Below are positions 36,970-46,318 of a stretch of DNA of 64,000 bases, piece after piece. The stretch is from contig CAYPKD010000004.1 in the NCBI GenBank assembly GCA_964411255.1, forward strand, positions 50,147-114,146. Reading direction: 5' to 3'. Under the pieces are notes generated by a model. It made no database searches. It saw nothing but the letters and a program-made list of their open reading frames with translations, and was not told the DNA's origin. Position 1 is the stretch's first letter. Each line of letters opens with the position of its first letter. Source of the stretch: an uncultured Gammaproteobacteria bacterium (GTDB lineage Bacteria; Patescibacteriota; Patescibacteriia; UBA11705; DATKZF01). The position numbers and the translations under genes were made by a program.

Positions 36970-38153
36970 ACAACATTTTTATAAACGTCATTTAGCTTTT
37001 TAGCAATTTTTGGCCAACGATACTTTTGATTAGCCACTCTGGCAGCATTTTGAGAAAACTGCTCATACAATTTAGGATTATTTAGAATCATTTTTGCCTT
37101 GTCTGCAATATCTCTTGCGTTCTTCGGTTCAAAAAGCATGCCGGTCCGTCCAGAGTCTACAACCGTTCTGACTCCTTTTAAATTTGAGGCTATAACAGGC
37201 GTACCAGCAGCCAAAGATTCAATTAAAACTAAACCAAATGCCTCTGACTTATCCACTGACGGCAAAACAAACAGATCGGCTAAATTGTAATGCTCTGGTA
37301 AAATATCCCTTTCGACATAGCCGGCAAAATGAATTCGTTTTTCCAAGCCAAGTTCTTTTACTTTTTTTATATAATCTTTTTTTAAATCTCCCTCACCGGC
37401 AACAATTAATTTTACATTATCATCCAGATATTTCATCGCATTAATAAGATAATTTACTCCTTTAAAATAATGAGCGGCATCAAGACCTCCGACAAACAGC
37501 AGTACTTTATCTTTTTCTTTTATGTTAAATTTTTTCAAAAAATACGGATCTTTTTTTCTCGGTCGGTATATTCTTCTAACGCCAAACGGCAGTTCAACAA
37601 ATTTATTTTTATTCTTCAAATAAAAATCCCGGATATAACTGTCCATTACATAATCAAATGAGGAGACAATTATTTTATCAGCCACCTCAAGCATTCTCTT
37701 GGTATGAAATTTTGCATAAATATTTAATACTTTTCCTTTTAACCCAGTACCGACAAAATCCATGTGATAACTTATTACAAGTTTTTTAATTTTATTTTTT
37801 TTCTTCAAAGAATAAACTGATTCTGCACCGCCTAAAAATGGATAATGCAAATGCACTACATCATAATTACCTTTTTTTAAATGCCTGCGAATGCTTGGCA
37901 CATATGCAGCATTTCCTATTTTTAGCAAAGGTATTAGTTTTTTTATATTATAACTGGTTTTATATGAAGGAGGTTTTATAAATTTTGGTACATAAACATC
38001 TACTTCATGCTTAAATAACCTTGCCAATTCTGTAGCATAAAAATGGGCCACAACACCAATGCCGCCGCCATATGGGGGTAATACGCATACTACTTGTGCT
38101 ATTTTCATATCATTATAATTTACCAAAATATAATCCGTTTGACAACCTGCCAA
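36966..38153 (-). CDS. Family 4 glycosyltransferase (GT-B)
   Basis: PPYGGGIGVVAHFYATELA...PSVDKSEAFGLVLIESLAAGTPVIAS. Confidence 0.8.
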   Translation of the reverse strand: MAGCQTDYILVNYNDMKIAQVVCVLPPYGGGIGVVAHFYATELARLFKHEVDVYVPKFIKPPSYKTSYNIKKLIPLLKIGNAAYVPSIRRHLKKGNYDVVHLHYPFLGGAESVYSLKKKNKIKKLVISYHMDFVGTGLKGKVLNIYAKFHTKRMLEVADKIIVSSFDYVMDSYIRDFYLKNKNKFVELPFGVRRIYRPRKKDPYFLKKFNIKEKDKVLLFVGGLDAAHYFKGVNYLINAMKYLDDNVKLIVAGEGDLKKDYIKKVKELGLEKRIHFAGYVERDILPEHYNLADLFVLPSVDKSEAFGLVLIESLAAGTPVIASNLKGVRTVVDSGRTGMLFEPKNARDIADKAKMILNNPKLYEQFSQNAARVANQKYRWPKIAKKLNDVYKNVV

Positions 38154-39238
38154 TAAAAATTAAATACTGGATTTGCTATATATTTTAAAATTGGATTTTC
38201 AAAATCACCCTGATATAAAACTTTTCCCGTAAAATTCCAGACTACTTTTCTTTCTTTGACAATTCGCTTTTTCTGAACTTTCTTTCTCCAATTCCAAACT
38301 AATTTTAAATTCTTAGCGCTAAAAAACCATTTATATACTTTTAATCTTTGCTTAAACCAGCCGTTACATAATGAAAAGCCGAATAAACCCAATTCATATG
38401 AAACAAATGCTGGGAAAAGTAATATTAATGTTGCCCAATGATAACAAACTAAGGTGGTAATCATGCGGTTTCGTTCCATCCAAAAAAACTGCTTTATGCT
38501 TTTTATAAATTCAAATTTATGATAAACCACTGATTTGTAAGCAATCACATTTTTTAAACCATAAAGCTTTGTTTTCCAACCCCATTCCAAATCATCATGG
38601 TACATAAAATACTCTTCAGTAAACTCACCAATCTTTTCAAAAACTTGTTTTGAAACCAGCATTGCTGCGCCGCTGGGATATACAATTTGATCTGATTCTT
38701 TTTCAATATTCAATTCTGAAAATTTTTCCTTATATTTATCAGAAAATCCAAAACCTAAAAAATGCAATGAATTTCCCAGGCTATTTATTAATTCTGGCTG
38801 CTGATGCAGCATTAACCTTGACTGAATTAAACCAATCTTTGGATCTGATTTATATATTTTCAGCGCTTCAATTAAAAAATTCGGATCAACTGTAGTATCC
38901 ATATTTAACATAAAAAAATAATCATAACCCTGCTGTATTGCCCTTTCAATTCCAGCATTATTTGCTGCTCCAAAACCAACATTTTCAGCATTGACCACAA
39001 TGCCAGCCTGGATTCTATCAGTTTCCCCCATTCCAAAATCAAACTGCGGGCACAAATCCATAATATCCTTCCTTGTCTGCTCGCTTGATTCATTATCTAC
39101 AATAAAAATTTTCAAAAGTTCCTTTGGATAATTAACTTTGCTCAAACTGTCAGCGCATTCTTTTAGAAACCGCCTGGCATAATCCTTGTAATTGATTAAT
39201 ATTATTGCAATTTTAAAATTACTATTCATATATAACAT
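38120..39238 (-). CDS. Family 2 glycosyltransferase
   Basis: IAIILINYKDY...FIVDNES GT2 signature. Confidence 0.75.
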   Translation of the reverse strand: MLYMNSNFKIAIILINYKDYARRFLKECADSLSKVNYPKELLKIFIVDNESSEQTRKDIMDLCPQFDFGMGETDRIQAGIVVNAENVGFGAANNAGIERAIQQGYDYFFMLNMDTTVDPNFLIEALKIYKSDPKIGLIQSRLMLHQQPELINSLGNSLHFLGFGFSDKYKEKFSELNIEKESDQIVYPSGAAMLVSKQVFEKIGEFTEEYFMYHDDLEWGWKTKLYGLKNVIAYKSVVYHKFEFIKSIKQFFWMERNRMITTLVCYHWATLILLFPAFVSYELGLFGFSLCNGWFKQRLKVYKWFFSAKNLKLVWNWRKKVQKKRIVKERKVVWNFTGKVLYQGDFENPILKYIANPVFNFYWQVVKRIIFW

Positions 39239-39803
39239 CTAAACAGATCTTGTTAGATTTAGCTAACTCCGCTGCCTCTACTAACTCCTTGTTTTCTCGA
39301 TCAACTATAATATTAAGTGTAACAAATAAATGTGCAGGCAATTTTTTTAATAATTTACACCCTTTAAGATTTAAGTTGCCAATAACTTTTAAATGAGCAG
39401 GTAGTTGTGTAATACTTGAATCATGCACTGTAAGATTCTCTCCTGCTACTCGTATATCTGGCGGCTCACTTAAATTAAAATTATGCGCAGTCCAATGCCA
39501 AGCAGCATCATCTTCATCTGTAATGCCAATTTCATCTCTCACCCATTCATGCAGCATATCAAAATCCCATTGCTCTTTATCCTTTTCTTTTTTTTCTTTA
39601 ATCTTTAACAATTCATTTTTATAATCAGTATACAAATTCAAAGCCTCTTGCAATTTCCCAGTTTTTTCCGCAGCCACAGCTTTGTCCATAATTTCACCCA
39701 GAAATTCCTTTTCTTCTGGAGTCAAAGGCACACGTTTAACCTCATGGCGCCGCGGCCGGGCCATTTTTAATTGGCTTTCTAAAGATTGCGGTTGTTCTGG
39801 CAT
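39222..39803 (-). CDS. Paralog family member P11; likely start at MPEQPQSLES
   Basis: Same N-module. C-terminus has LPAHLKVIGNLNLKGCKLLKKLPAHLFVTLNIIV repeats. Confidence 0.75.
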   Translation of the reverse strand: MPEQPQSLESQLKMARPRRHEVKRVPLTPEEKEFLGEIMDKAVAAEKTGKLQEALNLYTDYKNELLKIKEKKEKDKEQWDFDMLHEWVRDEIGITDEDDAAWHWTAHNFNLSEPPDIRVAGENLTVHDSSITQLPAHLKVIGNLNLKGCKLLKKLPAHLFVTLNIIVDRENKELVEAAELAKSNKICLDVIYE

Positions 39804-39844
39804 ATAGTAATAAGTAACGGGTAATTGGTAATTAGGAATTGATA

Positions 39845-41227
39845 TCAAATCTCAATTATTTTTTTCACAATTTTATCTCCTTCTTCGTCTGTAATTCGAG
39901 CAATAATATATGCTTTATTGTCAGTCAAAGGCTCAAGGCAATAAATTTCATCATACTTTTCACTCACTGCTTTACCTTGTTCATTTGCCACAAACCATGA
40001 TCCATCTCCCTCGTCACTAGCAATAATGGCTATTTCCCCTCCTATATCCTCTATTTGCCCAATAAGATAGTAATCTGCAATTTGTTCTCCTTTTTCATTT
40101 ACCACATACCACTTATCTTTTAAAGCTGTGAAAACAATAGTTCCGTTAATATCTTTGATATTATCAGTACGCTTATATCCCTGATCCCTTCCAATCTCTG
40201 TTCCATCTTCAGTGACTATAAATGAATTCCCCTCTCTGTCAATTGAAGAATAAATAATTTTACCAGCAACCTCTAGTGGTTTTCCAATCCCTCCATATTT
40301 TTCCCCAAACTCTCTTCCGTTTTCATCTACAATTATCCATCTTCTACCCTTTTTTGCCTGATAAACTAATTTTCCTCCTATTTCCATCGGACTTTCAACA
40401 TAAAGATAAGCCTCTCCAAATTCTTCACCATCTTCATTGGCAATAATCCATTTTTTTCCTTTTTTACCGCGAAAAGTAATTTTATTATTAATAAATCTTA
40501 AGTCTTTTACATCATCATATTCTTTTCCTAATTCCTTTCCATCCTCATTAGCAATAATCCATCTTTCACCCTGCTTGGCTAAAAAAAATATTTTACCCTT
40601 AATAAACTCAGGTAAATCAACTGAATCATATTGTTCACCAATTTTTTTGCCTTTTTCGGTATATATAAAAGCCTTACCGTCTTTTTTTGCTATAAAAACT
40701 ATTTGGCCCCCTAAATCTTCAGGACATACAACATTATCAAATTCTCCACCAACCTTTTTCCCTTTTTCATTAATTATAAATTCTTTATTGCCTTTTCTAG
40801 CATTAAATGCTGCCCGTCCATTAATATTTTTTAGGTTCCACGTTAAATCATATTCTTCTCCGATTTGTTCTCCTTTTTCATTAATTACTAAATGTTTTTC
40901 ATTCTTATCCGTTACTTCTATTACTGGCTTTCCATTAATATCTACTGGATCTGCATGATCAATATAATCTTTTAAGTCAATAGTGAATTCTGATCCTTTT
41001 TCAGCTAAAGATTCTTTAATTCGCAGCAATTCATTTTTATATTCTGTATACAAATTCAAGGCTTCCTGCAACTTTCCGGCCTTTTCCGCAGCCACAGCCT
41101 TATCCATAATCTCACCCAGAAAATCCTTTTCTTCTGGCGTCAGCGGAACACGCTTAACCTCATGGCGCCGCGGCCGGGCCATTTTGAGTTGGGATTCGAG
41201 GGATTGTTTTGGTTTTTCTTTTGGCAT
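39845..41227 (-). CDS. Paralog family member P12: N-module plus WG-like beta repeats
   Basis: Same N-module. Repeats KWIIANEDGKELGKEYDDVKDLRFINNKITFRGKKGKKWIIANEDGEEFG. Confidence 0.8.
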   Translation of the reverse strand: MPKEKPKQSLESQLKMARPRRHEVKRVPLTPEEKDFLGEIMDKAVAAEKAGKLQEALNLYTEYKNELLRIKESLAEKGSEFTIDLKDYIDHADPVDINGKPVIEVTDKNEKHLVINEKGEQIGEEYDLTWNLKNINGRAAFNARKGNKEFIINEKGKKVGGEFDNVVCPEDLGGQIVFIAKKDGKAFIYTEKGKKIGEQYDSVDLPEFIKGKIFFLAKQGERWIIANEDGKELGKEYDDVKDLRFINNKITFRGKKGKKWIIANEDGEEFGEAYLYVESPMEIGGKLVYQAKKGRRWIIVDENGREFGEKYGGIGKPLEVAGKIIYSSIDREGNSFIVTEDGTEIGRDQGYKRTDNIKDINGTIVFTALKDKWYVVNEKGEQIADYYLIGQIEDIGGEIAIIASDEGDGSWFVANEQGKAVSEKYDEIYCLEPLTDNKAYIIARITDEEGDKIVKKIIEI

Positions 41228-41242
41228 AAGGTTTTAAATTTA

Positions 41243-41316
41243 CCGCTGCCTTTGGTTATTCAATACTATCAGAAAGATCTCTCGACTTCGCTCGAGATGA
41301 CAAGCTAGGCAGCGGG
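41243..41316. repeat. Dyad-symmetric element copy C, followed by a conserved TTGAAT promoter-like box for P12; overlaps the 3' end of 41256..41657
   Basis: CCGCTGCCTTTGG...ATCTCTCGActtcgcTCGAGATGACAAGCTAGGCAGCGGG. Confidence 0.5.
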
Positions 41317-41657
41317 TCAGCGTCTTTCCCCTTCTCCGCCTTATCAATTGATATGTCTTTTACCAAATATGTAATATCTCTCTCAATCTTTTCAATTCTG
41401 GCAAAAATTCTAAACACTATATAAAATAAAACTAAAATTGAAATATAAATCACCACATCAACTCCTCGGCCAACTCCCAGCCAATCAGCGACTAGCTGCG
41501 TTGTTTGCGGCAAGACAACAATAACTCCGACTGCAATCCAAAAAATTAGCCATAATAAAAAGACCTGAATGCTAAATTCTCTTTTTTTAAGCTTTATTGC
41601 CAAACGATAAATTACATAAGCGATAAAAATTAAAATCAGAATTTGGATTAAATTCAT
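41256..41657 (-). CDS. DUF2304-like small membrane protein
   Basis: 4-TM protein directly downstream of a DPM1-like GT2, the usual pairing. Its last 20 codons are encoded by element C. Confidence 0.55.
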   Translation of the reverse strand: MNLIQILILIFIAYVIYRLAIKLKKREFSIQVFLLWLIFWIAVGVIVVLPQTTQLVADWLGVGRGVDVVIYISILVLFYIVFRIFARIEKIERDITYLVKDISIDKAEKGKDADPLPSLSSRAKSRDLSDSIE

Positions 41658-41664
41658 ATTTTTT

Positions 41665-42330
41665 TTAATTAAGAATTTTTTGCTTTAATAAATCTAAAAT
41701 AATTTTAATGCCGCCGCCAAAGCCCTGTCCATATTCAGTATAGATAACTTCAACCGGTACTTCAGTGAAATTTAATTTGCGTTTTACAATTTCAGCTGGA
41801 ATTTCTGTGTTGTGAGCCATTCTGTTTTGAGTAATTTTAATTTTTTTAGCTGCATGCCTGTTTAAGGCCCGAAAACCATTGTGCGCATCAGTTAATTTTA
41901 ATCCGCTAAAAAACCAATTGACTAAAATGGCTGGCTTGTGAATTAAATACTTTTTTGTAAAAGGAATATTTTTTGCTCCACTTAAAAATCGCGATCCAAT
42001 CGCGATATCAAAACCCTGATTTATTTTTTCTACAAAATCATCTATTTCTTTCACCTGATGCTGTCCGTCTCCATCAAAATGAATTACAATATCTGCTCCC
42101 TGTTTGACTGCAAATTCTGTACCAGTTCTCAATGCTGCTCCCTGACCGCGGTTAATGTTATGGGTTAAAAGATAAACTGGATAATTCAATACGATCTTCG
42201 AAGTGCAGTCTGCTGAACCATCATTTACTATCACAATATTATTATAATTTTCTTGCAGCAAGCCTTCAATCACTTTGGCGATTGTCTTTTCCTCATTATA
42301 CGCTGGAATTACAATAAATATTTTTGACAT
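41665..42330 (-). CDS. GT2 polyprenyl-phosphate glycosyltransferase (DPM1-like)
   Basis: IFIVIPAYNEEKTIAKVI...NDGSADCT...HFDGDGQH. Confidence 0.8.
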   Translation of the reverse strand: MSKIFIVIPAYNEEKTIAKVIEGLLQENYNNIVIVNDGSADCTSKIVLNYPVYLLTHNINRGQGAALRTGTEFAVKQGADIVIHFDGDGQHQVKEIDDFVEKINQGFDIAIGSRFLSGAKNIPFTKKYLIHKPAILVNWFFSGLKLTDAHNGFRALNRHAAKKIKITQNRMAHNTEIPAEIVKRKLNFTEVPVEVIYTEYGQGFGGGIKIILDLLKQKILN

Positions 42331-42368
42331 AGCTCAAATTTCTAGCTGAGTCATTGCTTATAAACATT

Positions 42369-43394
42369 TTACTCTTTTTTAAATCGCACCAAGCTCTTGC
42401 TTGCCTTGGTAAATTCAATCGTTCTCTTTAATCCGTCTTCCAAGCTAACGATTGGAAACCAGCCAATAGCTTTTTTAATTTTACTAATGTCTGGATAACC
42501 CAGTTCTCTCATAAATAGCAGCCTCTCCTTAAATTTTACACTTGAAGATGATTCAGTTAATTTAACAATCTCATTAGAAACATCCATCAGCTTGTGCACC
42601 TGAGTACCGCCCATATTCACCGGCTCATTCATCGGGCTGTCCATTAATTTTATAACACCTTCAACAATATCTGATACGTAGCAAAGTGAGGTGATAAATT
42701 TTTCATCTCCAAAAATCTCTAAATTTTTATTTTCCAAAGCATTGACAATAAAATCCGGAATCATTTGTCCGTCCTGTAGTAGCATTCGCGGACCATATGT
42801 TCTGAAAATCCTGACAACCTTGGTATCGATATTAAATTGGTCATGATACACATCTACAATTGTTTCTGCATATTTTTTCCCCTGATCATAACATGACCGC
42901 GGCTCCAAATGATCCATTGCTCCACGATATTTTTCCTCAACGTATATTGGTTTGTTTAAAGTACTCTTTGGCACATCGCCATAAACAACTGATGACGAAA
43001 ACTGCATGAACTTTGCCTTATATTTAACTGCCAAATCCAATGAGTTTTTCATAACCACTGAATTTGCTTCAATTGTCTGAATTTTATGCTTTTCAAAATT
43101 TTTAACTGATGTTGGACAGGCTAAATTATAAATTTCCTGAATGCCATAGACGTTAATCTGAAATTTCGATACATCTTCCAATTCCTCTAAATTGTCCAAA
43201 GGCTCTGCCAAATCATGCTTGATTAATTCAAAATTAAATTCCTGAAGCAAATGATTTATATTTTCTTGGTTAGAAGAAACAAAATTATCAACGCAAATTA
43301 CATTTTGTCCTGAGTTAACCAGACGGTCGCACAAATGTGATCCAATAAATCCAGCTCCTCCCAAAACTAGAATATTTTTATTTTGTTTTACCAT
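42369..43394 (-). CDS. NAD-dependent sugar-nucleotide epimerase/dehydratase, UDP-glucuronate decarboxylase (UXS)-like
   Basis: VLGGAGFIGSHLCDRL...ICVDNFVSS...YDQGKKYAE (YxxxK)...RIFRTYGPRM. Confidence 0.8.
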   Translation of the reverse strand: MVKQNKNILVLGGAGFIGSHLCDRLVNSGQNVICVDNFVSSNQENINHLLQEFNFELIKHDLAEPLDNLEELEDVSKFQINVYGIQEIYNLACPTSVKNFEKHKIQTIEANSVVMKNSLDLAVKYKAKFMQFSSSVVYGDVPKSTLNKPIYVEEKYRGAMDHLEPRSCYDQGKKYAETIVDVYHDQFNIDTKVVRIFRTYGPRMLLQDGQMIPDFIVNALENKNLEIFGDEKFITSLCYVSDIVEGVIKLMDSPMNEPVNMGGTQVHKLMDVSNEIVKLTESSSSVKFKERLLFMRELGYPDISKIKKAIGWFPIVSLEDGLKRTIEFTKASKSLVRFKKE

Positions 43395-43480
43395 AAATTT
43401 GAATTTAAGAGTTATTTATTGATATTTTAGACGAAAATTAGGATTTTGGCAAACCAATTATCCTCAAAATTGGGCTATAT

Positions 43481-43828
43481 TTACTTTTTTTTAAGCAGCA
43501 GGAAAACAACGGGTAAAAATAATAAAATCATCCAAAGCCAGGGCCCTAAAATTACTCTATAAAACAGTAAAATAAGTAATATTAAAACAATTCCAGCCAG
43601 AACTTTTATCCAGTCTTTTTTCCTCATTTCAGTCAGGGCGTCAAGGTATAAAGCTATAATCCAAAAAATCATTAACAAAGCAGGGTGAATATAAAAACAA
43701 ATTAATCCCGGCCAAATTTTTTCAAATACAAAAAATGAAGCCACTGCTAATAAGCTAATCAGATGCAAATCACTGAAAATTATGCCTAATTGTCTGTTCT
43801 GCTTAATTTTCTGCCTAATTTCTCCCAT
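43481..43828 (-). CDS. Small membrane protein
   Basis: ORF of 115 aa with 3 TM. Confidence 0.4.
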   Translation of the reverse strand: MGEIRQKIKQNRQLGIIFSDLHLISLLAVASFFVFEKIWPGLICFYIHPALLMIFWIIALYLDALTEMRKKDWIKVLAGIVLILLILLFYRVILGPWLWMILLFLPVVFLLLKKK

Positions 43829-44346
43829 ATATTTTGTCCAAATAAATCAAATTCTATTTCTGTAATTTTTAATGAATTATTTGGAATCACAATTACAAAA
43901 CTATATCCTTCTGTAGGATGAAAAAAAATATCTTTTAGATCAAACTCAATCTCTTTTGTCTGCCACTGGTCTTGTTTTTCAATTTCAATATTTTCATTTA
44001 GAAAAATCTTTTTGCCTTCATCTTCAATAATGCCAAATTCAAAATTCTGCAAATTCTCAGACGAATATGTTAATTTTACCTTTGCATTTTCAAATTTAAC
44101 AGGCATACGCAAATTGAAGGCAATTGGACTGTTTATAATTTTCATGTATGAGTCATTTTCTTCTACAATCATTTCATAATCTTCTGGCATAAAAAATCTA
44201 GAGACAAATCCGCTTTGCTTGCCAAAATCATATTTTAAATGAAAATGACCGCTAAATGAAAAATAATTATAAGCAAAACCAAAAAGTATGGCCATTGGGA
44301 TCAACCAAATAAAAATTCTAATTATAACAATATGGTTTTTCTTCAT
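43786..44346 (-). CDS. Membrane-anchored hypothetical protein
   Basis: N-terminal TM. 186 aa. Confidence 0.45.
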   Translation of the reverse strand: MKKNHIVIIRIFIWLIPMAILFGFAYNYFSFSGHFHLKYDFGKQSGFVSRFFMPEDYEMIVEENDSYMKIINSPIAFNLRMPVKFENAKVKLTYSSENLQNFEFGIIEDEGKKIFLNENIEIEKQDQWQTKEIEFDLKDIFFHPTEGYSFVIVIPNNSLKITEIEFDLFGQNIWEKLGRKLSRTDN

Positions 44347-46010
44347 AAATTCAAATCCAAAGATATTTTATATAAATAAAAATTATCAATTTGTGTGTTC
44401 AACTCAAATTTTAAATTCTGATTTATTTTTGTTCTGTTTATAAATTCCATATCATCTGGCGCTAGCATTGAATAATAATAGACTGGTCGTGAATCAATCA
44501 AATTTGCCACAAATGGAAAAATTGCATAATTTTCTAAAAACACAATTACTTTTCTTTTTGGAAAAAATATTTTATCAGACCGGTCTGTAATAATAATGGC
44601 ATGGTCTTCTGTCTTTTCTAAAACAATATTTCGAGTTTGATTATATTTTTCCAAATTCTGTTTTACTGCAAATAAACTTTCATCTGTTTTTACAAAAACC
44701 AAATTAAATGTAAACAAGCTTAAAACTAATAAAAATAAAATTGTTGAACTTGCTTTTATATTAATTCTTACTTTTTCAAAAACCTTCCAGACTGCGAACA
44801 AGCTGTAAGACATAAATGGCAATAGCAAAACAAATATTGGCAGCCAGTATCGCAGATATGAAGTACCAATGGTCAGTTTTGAAGCATCAAAATGATCATA
44901 AAAAACATATCCGCCATAATATATTATTAAATAAGCACTGACAGCTAAAGTAATTAAAAGATAAACAAACTTTTTTGTATAATGTTTTTTATCTTTGTAA
45001 AAATAAATAAAAAAGGTAGCAATTCCTGGAATTAAAAAAATATTAAACCATGCTAAAAATCTCCAAAAATAATTAATAAACACAGTAATGCTCTGAACCA
45101 GCTTTATGCCAAATGGAAAAATTGCTGAAACTGAAAAGAATGAACTTAAAATTGTAAAAATATTTCCATTTGCAACCTGATCATTTAAATCTACACTTAA
45201 AAGCCTGGTATTATAACCAAGCTGAAAATAGCCCCCATATAATTCTTTGTTTAAATGCAGAGTCGGTAAAAATGCAACTACTACAAAAATTATACCAATT
45301 GTGATGCCAGCCCAATTCGCTTTTTTTATGTTGAACAAAAGCAAGGCGAAATATAGCAATGCTACCCAATAAATCTCTGATGGTCTAATGCTCAAAGCTA
45401 AACCTAAAAGCAATCCTGCTATAGCATATGTTTTCAAAACTCTTGGTTTAAAATAATTTTTTATTCCTTTTTTATATTTTATGTTTAACAAAATAGCCAA
45501 AGAAATAATTAACAAATCAACAAATATAACATTGGGCATCAAGCTTTTTGCAGTATAATAAATAAAAATTGGATGAAAAAATAAAAGCAATGCGCTAAGC
45601 ATTGCCACTTCTTTTTCAAAAATTTTGCGTAATCCTAAATACAAAAAAATTGGAGTAATAGCGCTGACTATTGGAATTATAAAAGGAATTATATAACAGC
45701 CAAATAAATCAGCTATCACTCCTAAAATAATTGGCATGCCTAAAAAATATCCAGGTACAATGTCTCCGTTGGCATTTGAAGTGGCAGATCTTGGAATGAT
45801 AACTCCATTTACTTTTAAATTATCAGGTTCAGCAATACCCATTGATCCATTTGAATAATTGCAGGAAAAAACATAATTGGCCGTTTCATCTGGAGAATTA
45901 AAAATTTCCTTTGGCGCGCTAAAAGCTAAAAAGCTGTACACAAAAAAGCATGCAATTCCCACTATTGCCAACACAAATATAGGCTGATTGTTCTTCACCC
46001 ACTTTTTCAT
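44343..46010 (-). CDS. GT-C fold glycosyltransferase (ArnT/PMT-like), putative
   Basis: More than 12 TM, with a DE motif (SPDETANY) in the first extracytoplasmic loop. Lies in a glycosylation cluster. Confidence 0.5.
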   Translation of the reverse strand: MKKWVKNNQPIFVLAIVGIACFFVYSFLAFSAPKEIFNSPDETANYVFSCNYSNGSMGIAEPDNLKVNGVIIPRSATSNANGDIVPGYFLGMPIILGVIADLFGCYIIPFIIPIVSAITPIFLYLGLRKIFEKEVAMLSALLLFFHPIFIYYTAKSLMPNVIFVDLLIISLAILLNIKYKKGIKNYFKPRVLKTYAIAGLLLGLALSIRPSEIYWVALLYFALLLFNIKKANWAGITIGIIFVVVAFLPTLHLNKELYGGYFQLGYNTRLLSVDLNDQVANGNIFTILSSFFSVSAIFPFGIKLVQSITVFINYFWRFLAWFNIFLIPGIATFFIYFYKDKKHYTKKFVYLLITLAVSAYLIIYYGGYVFYDHFDASKLTIGTSYLRYWLPIFVLLLPFMSYSLFAVWKVFEKVRINIKASSTILFLLVLSLFTFNLVFVKTDESLFAVKQNLEKYNQTRNIVLEKTEDHAIIITDRSDKIFFPKRKVIVFLENYAIFPFVANLIDSRPVYYYSMLAPDDMEFINRTKINQNLKFELNTQIDNFYLYKISLDLNL

Positions 46011-46059
46011 ATTGCTTGTATTTTAGCGTAAAATAACAAAAATTTCAATTCATTCTTAT

Positions 46060-46318
46060 TAATATTTATTGCGTTAAACAAGAACAGAATTGGGGGTCTG
46101 GGGGGCTGATTGCCCCTTGCAAAACCTCATAATCTTCATCGTCCCTTCGCATTTGAAGCCCCCCAGCGGTTTTTGGTTACTTTTTGGCGCCAAAAAGTAA
46201 CTTGGCGCAAGCCAACATTGCAAAGCCCAAAGCAGGCATATGCCTGTATAGTAAAAATGTAAAATGGGTTCTTCTTTATTTTTATTTATAATCAAAAAAG
46301 ACAAAGCATTGCTTTGCC
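46060..46318. other. Structured non-coding region, 5' of the GT-C gene
   Basis: Contains CTGGGGGGCT...AGCCCCCCAG (10 bp) plus TTTTT, the 26-nt perfect palindrome GTTACTTTTTGGCGCCAAAAAGTAAC overlapping a GCGCCAA/TTGGCGC stem, and CAGGCATATGCCTG. Confidence 0.3.

Noticed and set aside
46074-46304. 76-aa ORF in the leader of the GT-C gene
   Set aside because: The region is dominated by long perfect palindromes and GC stems. It is more likely structured RNA than coding.
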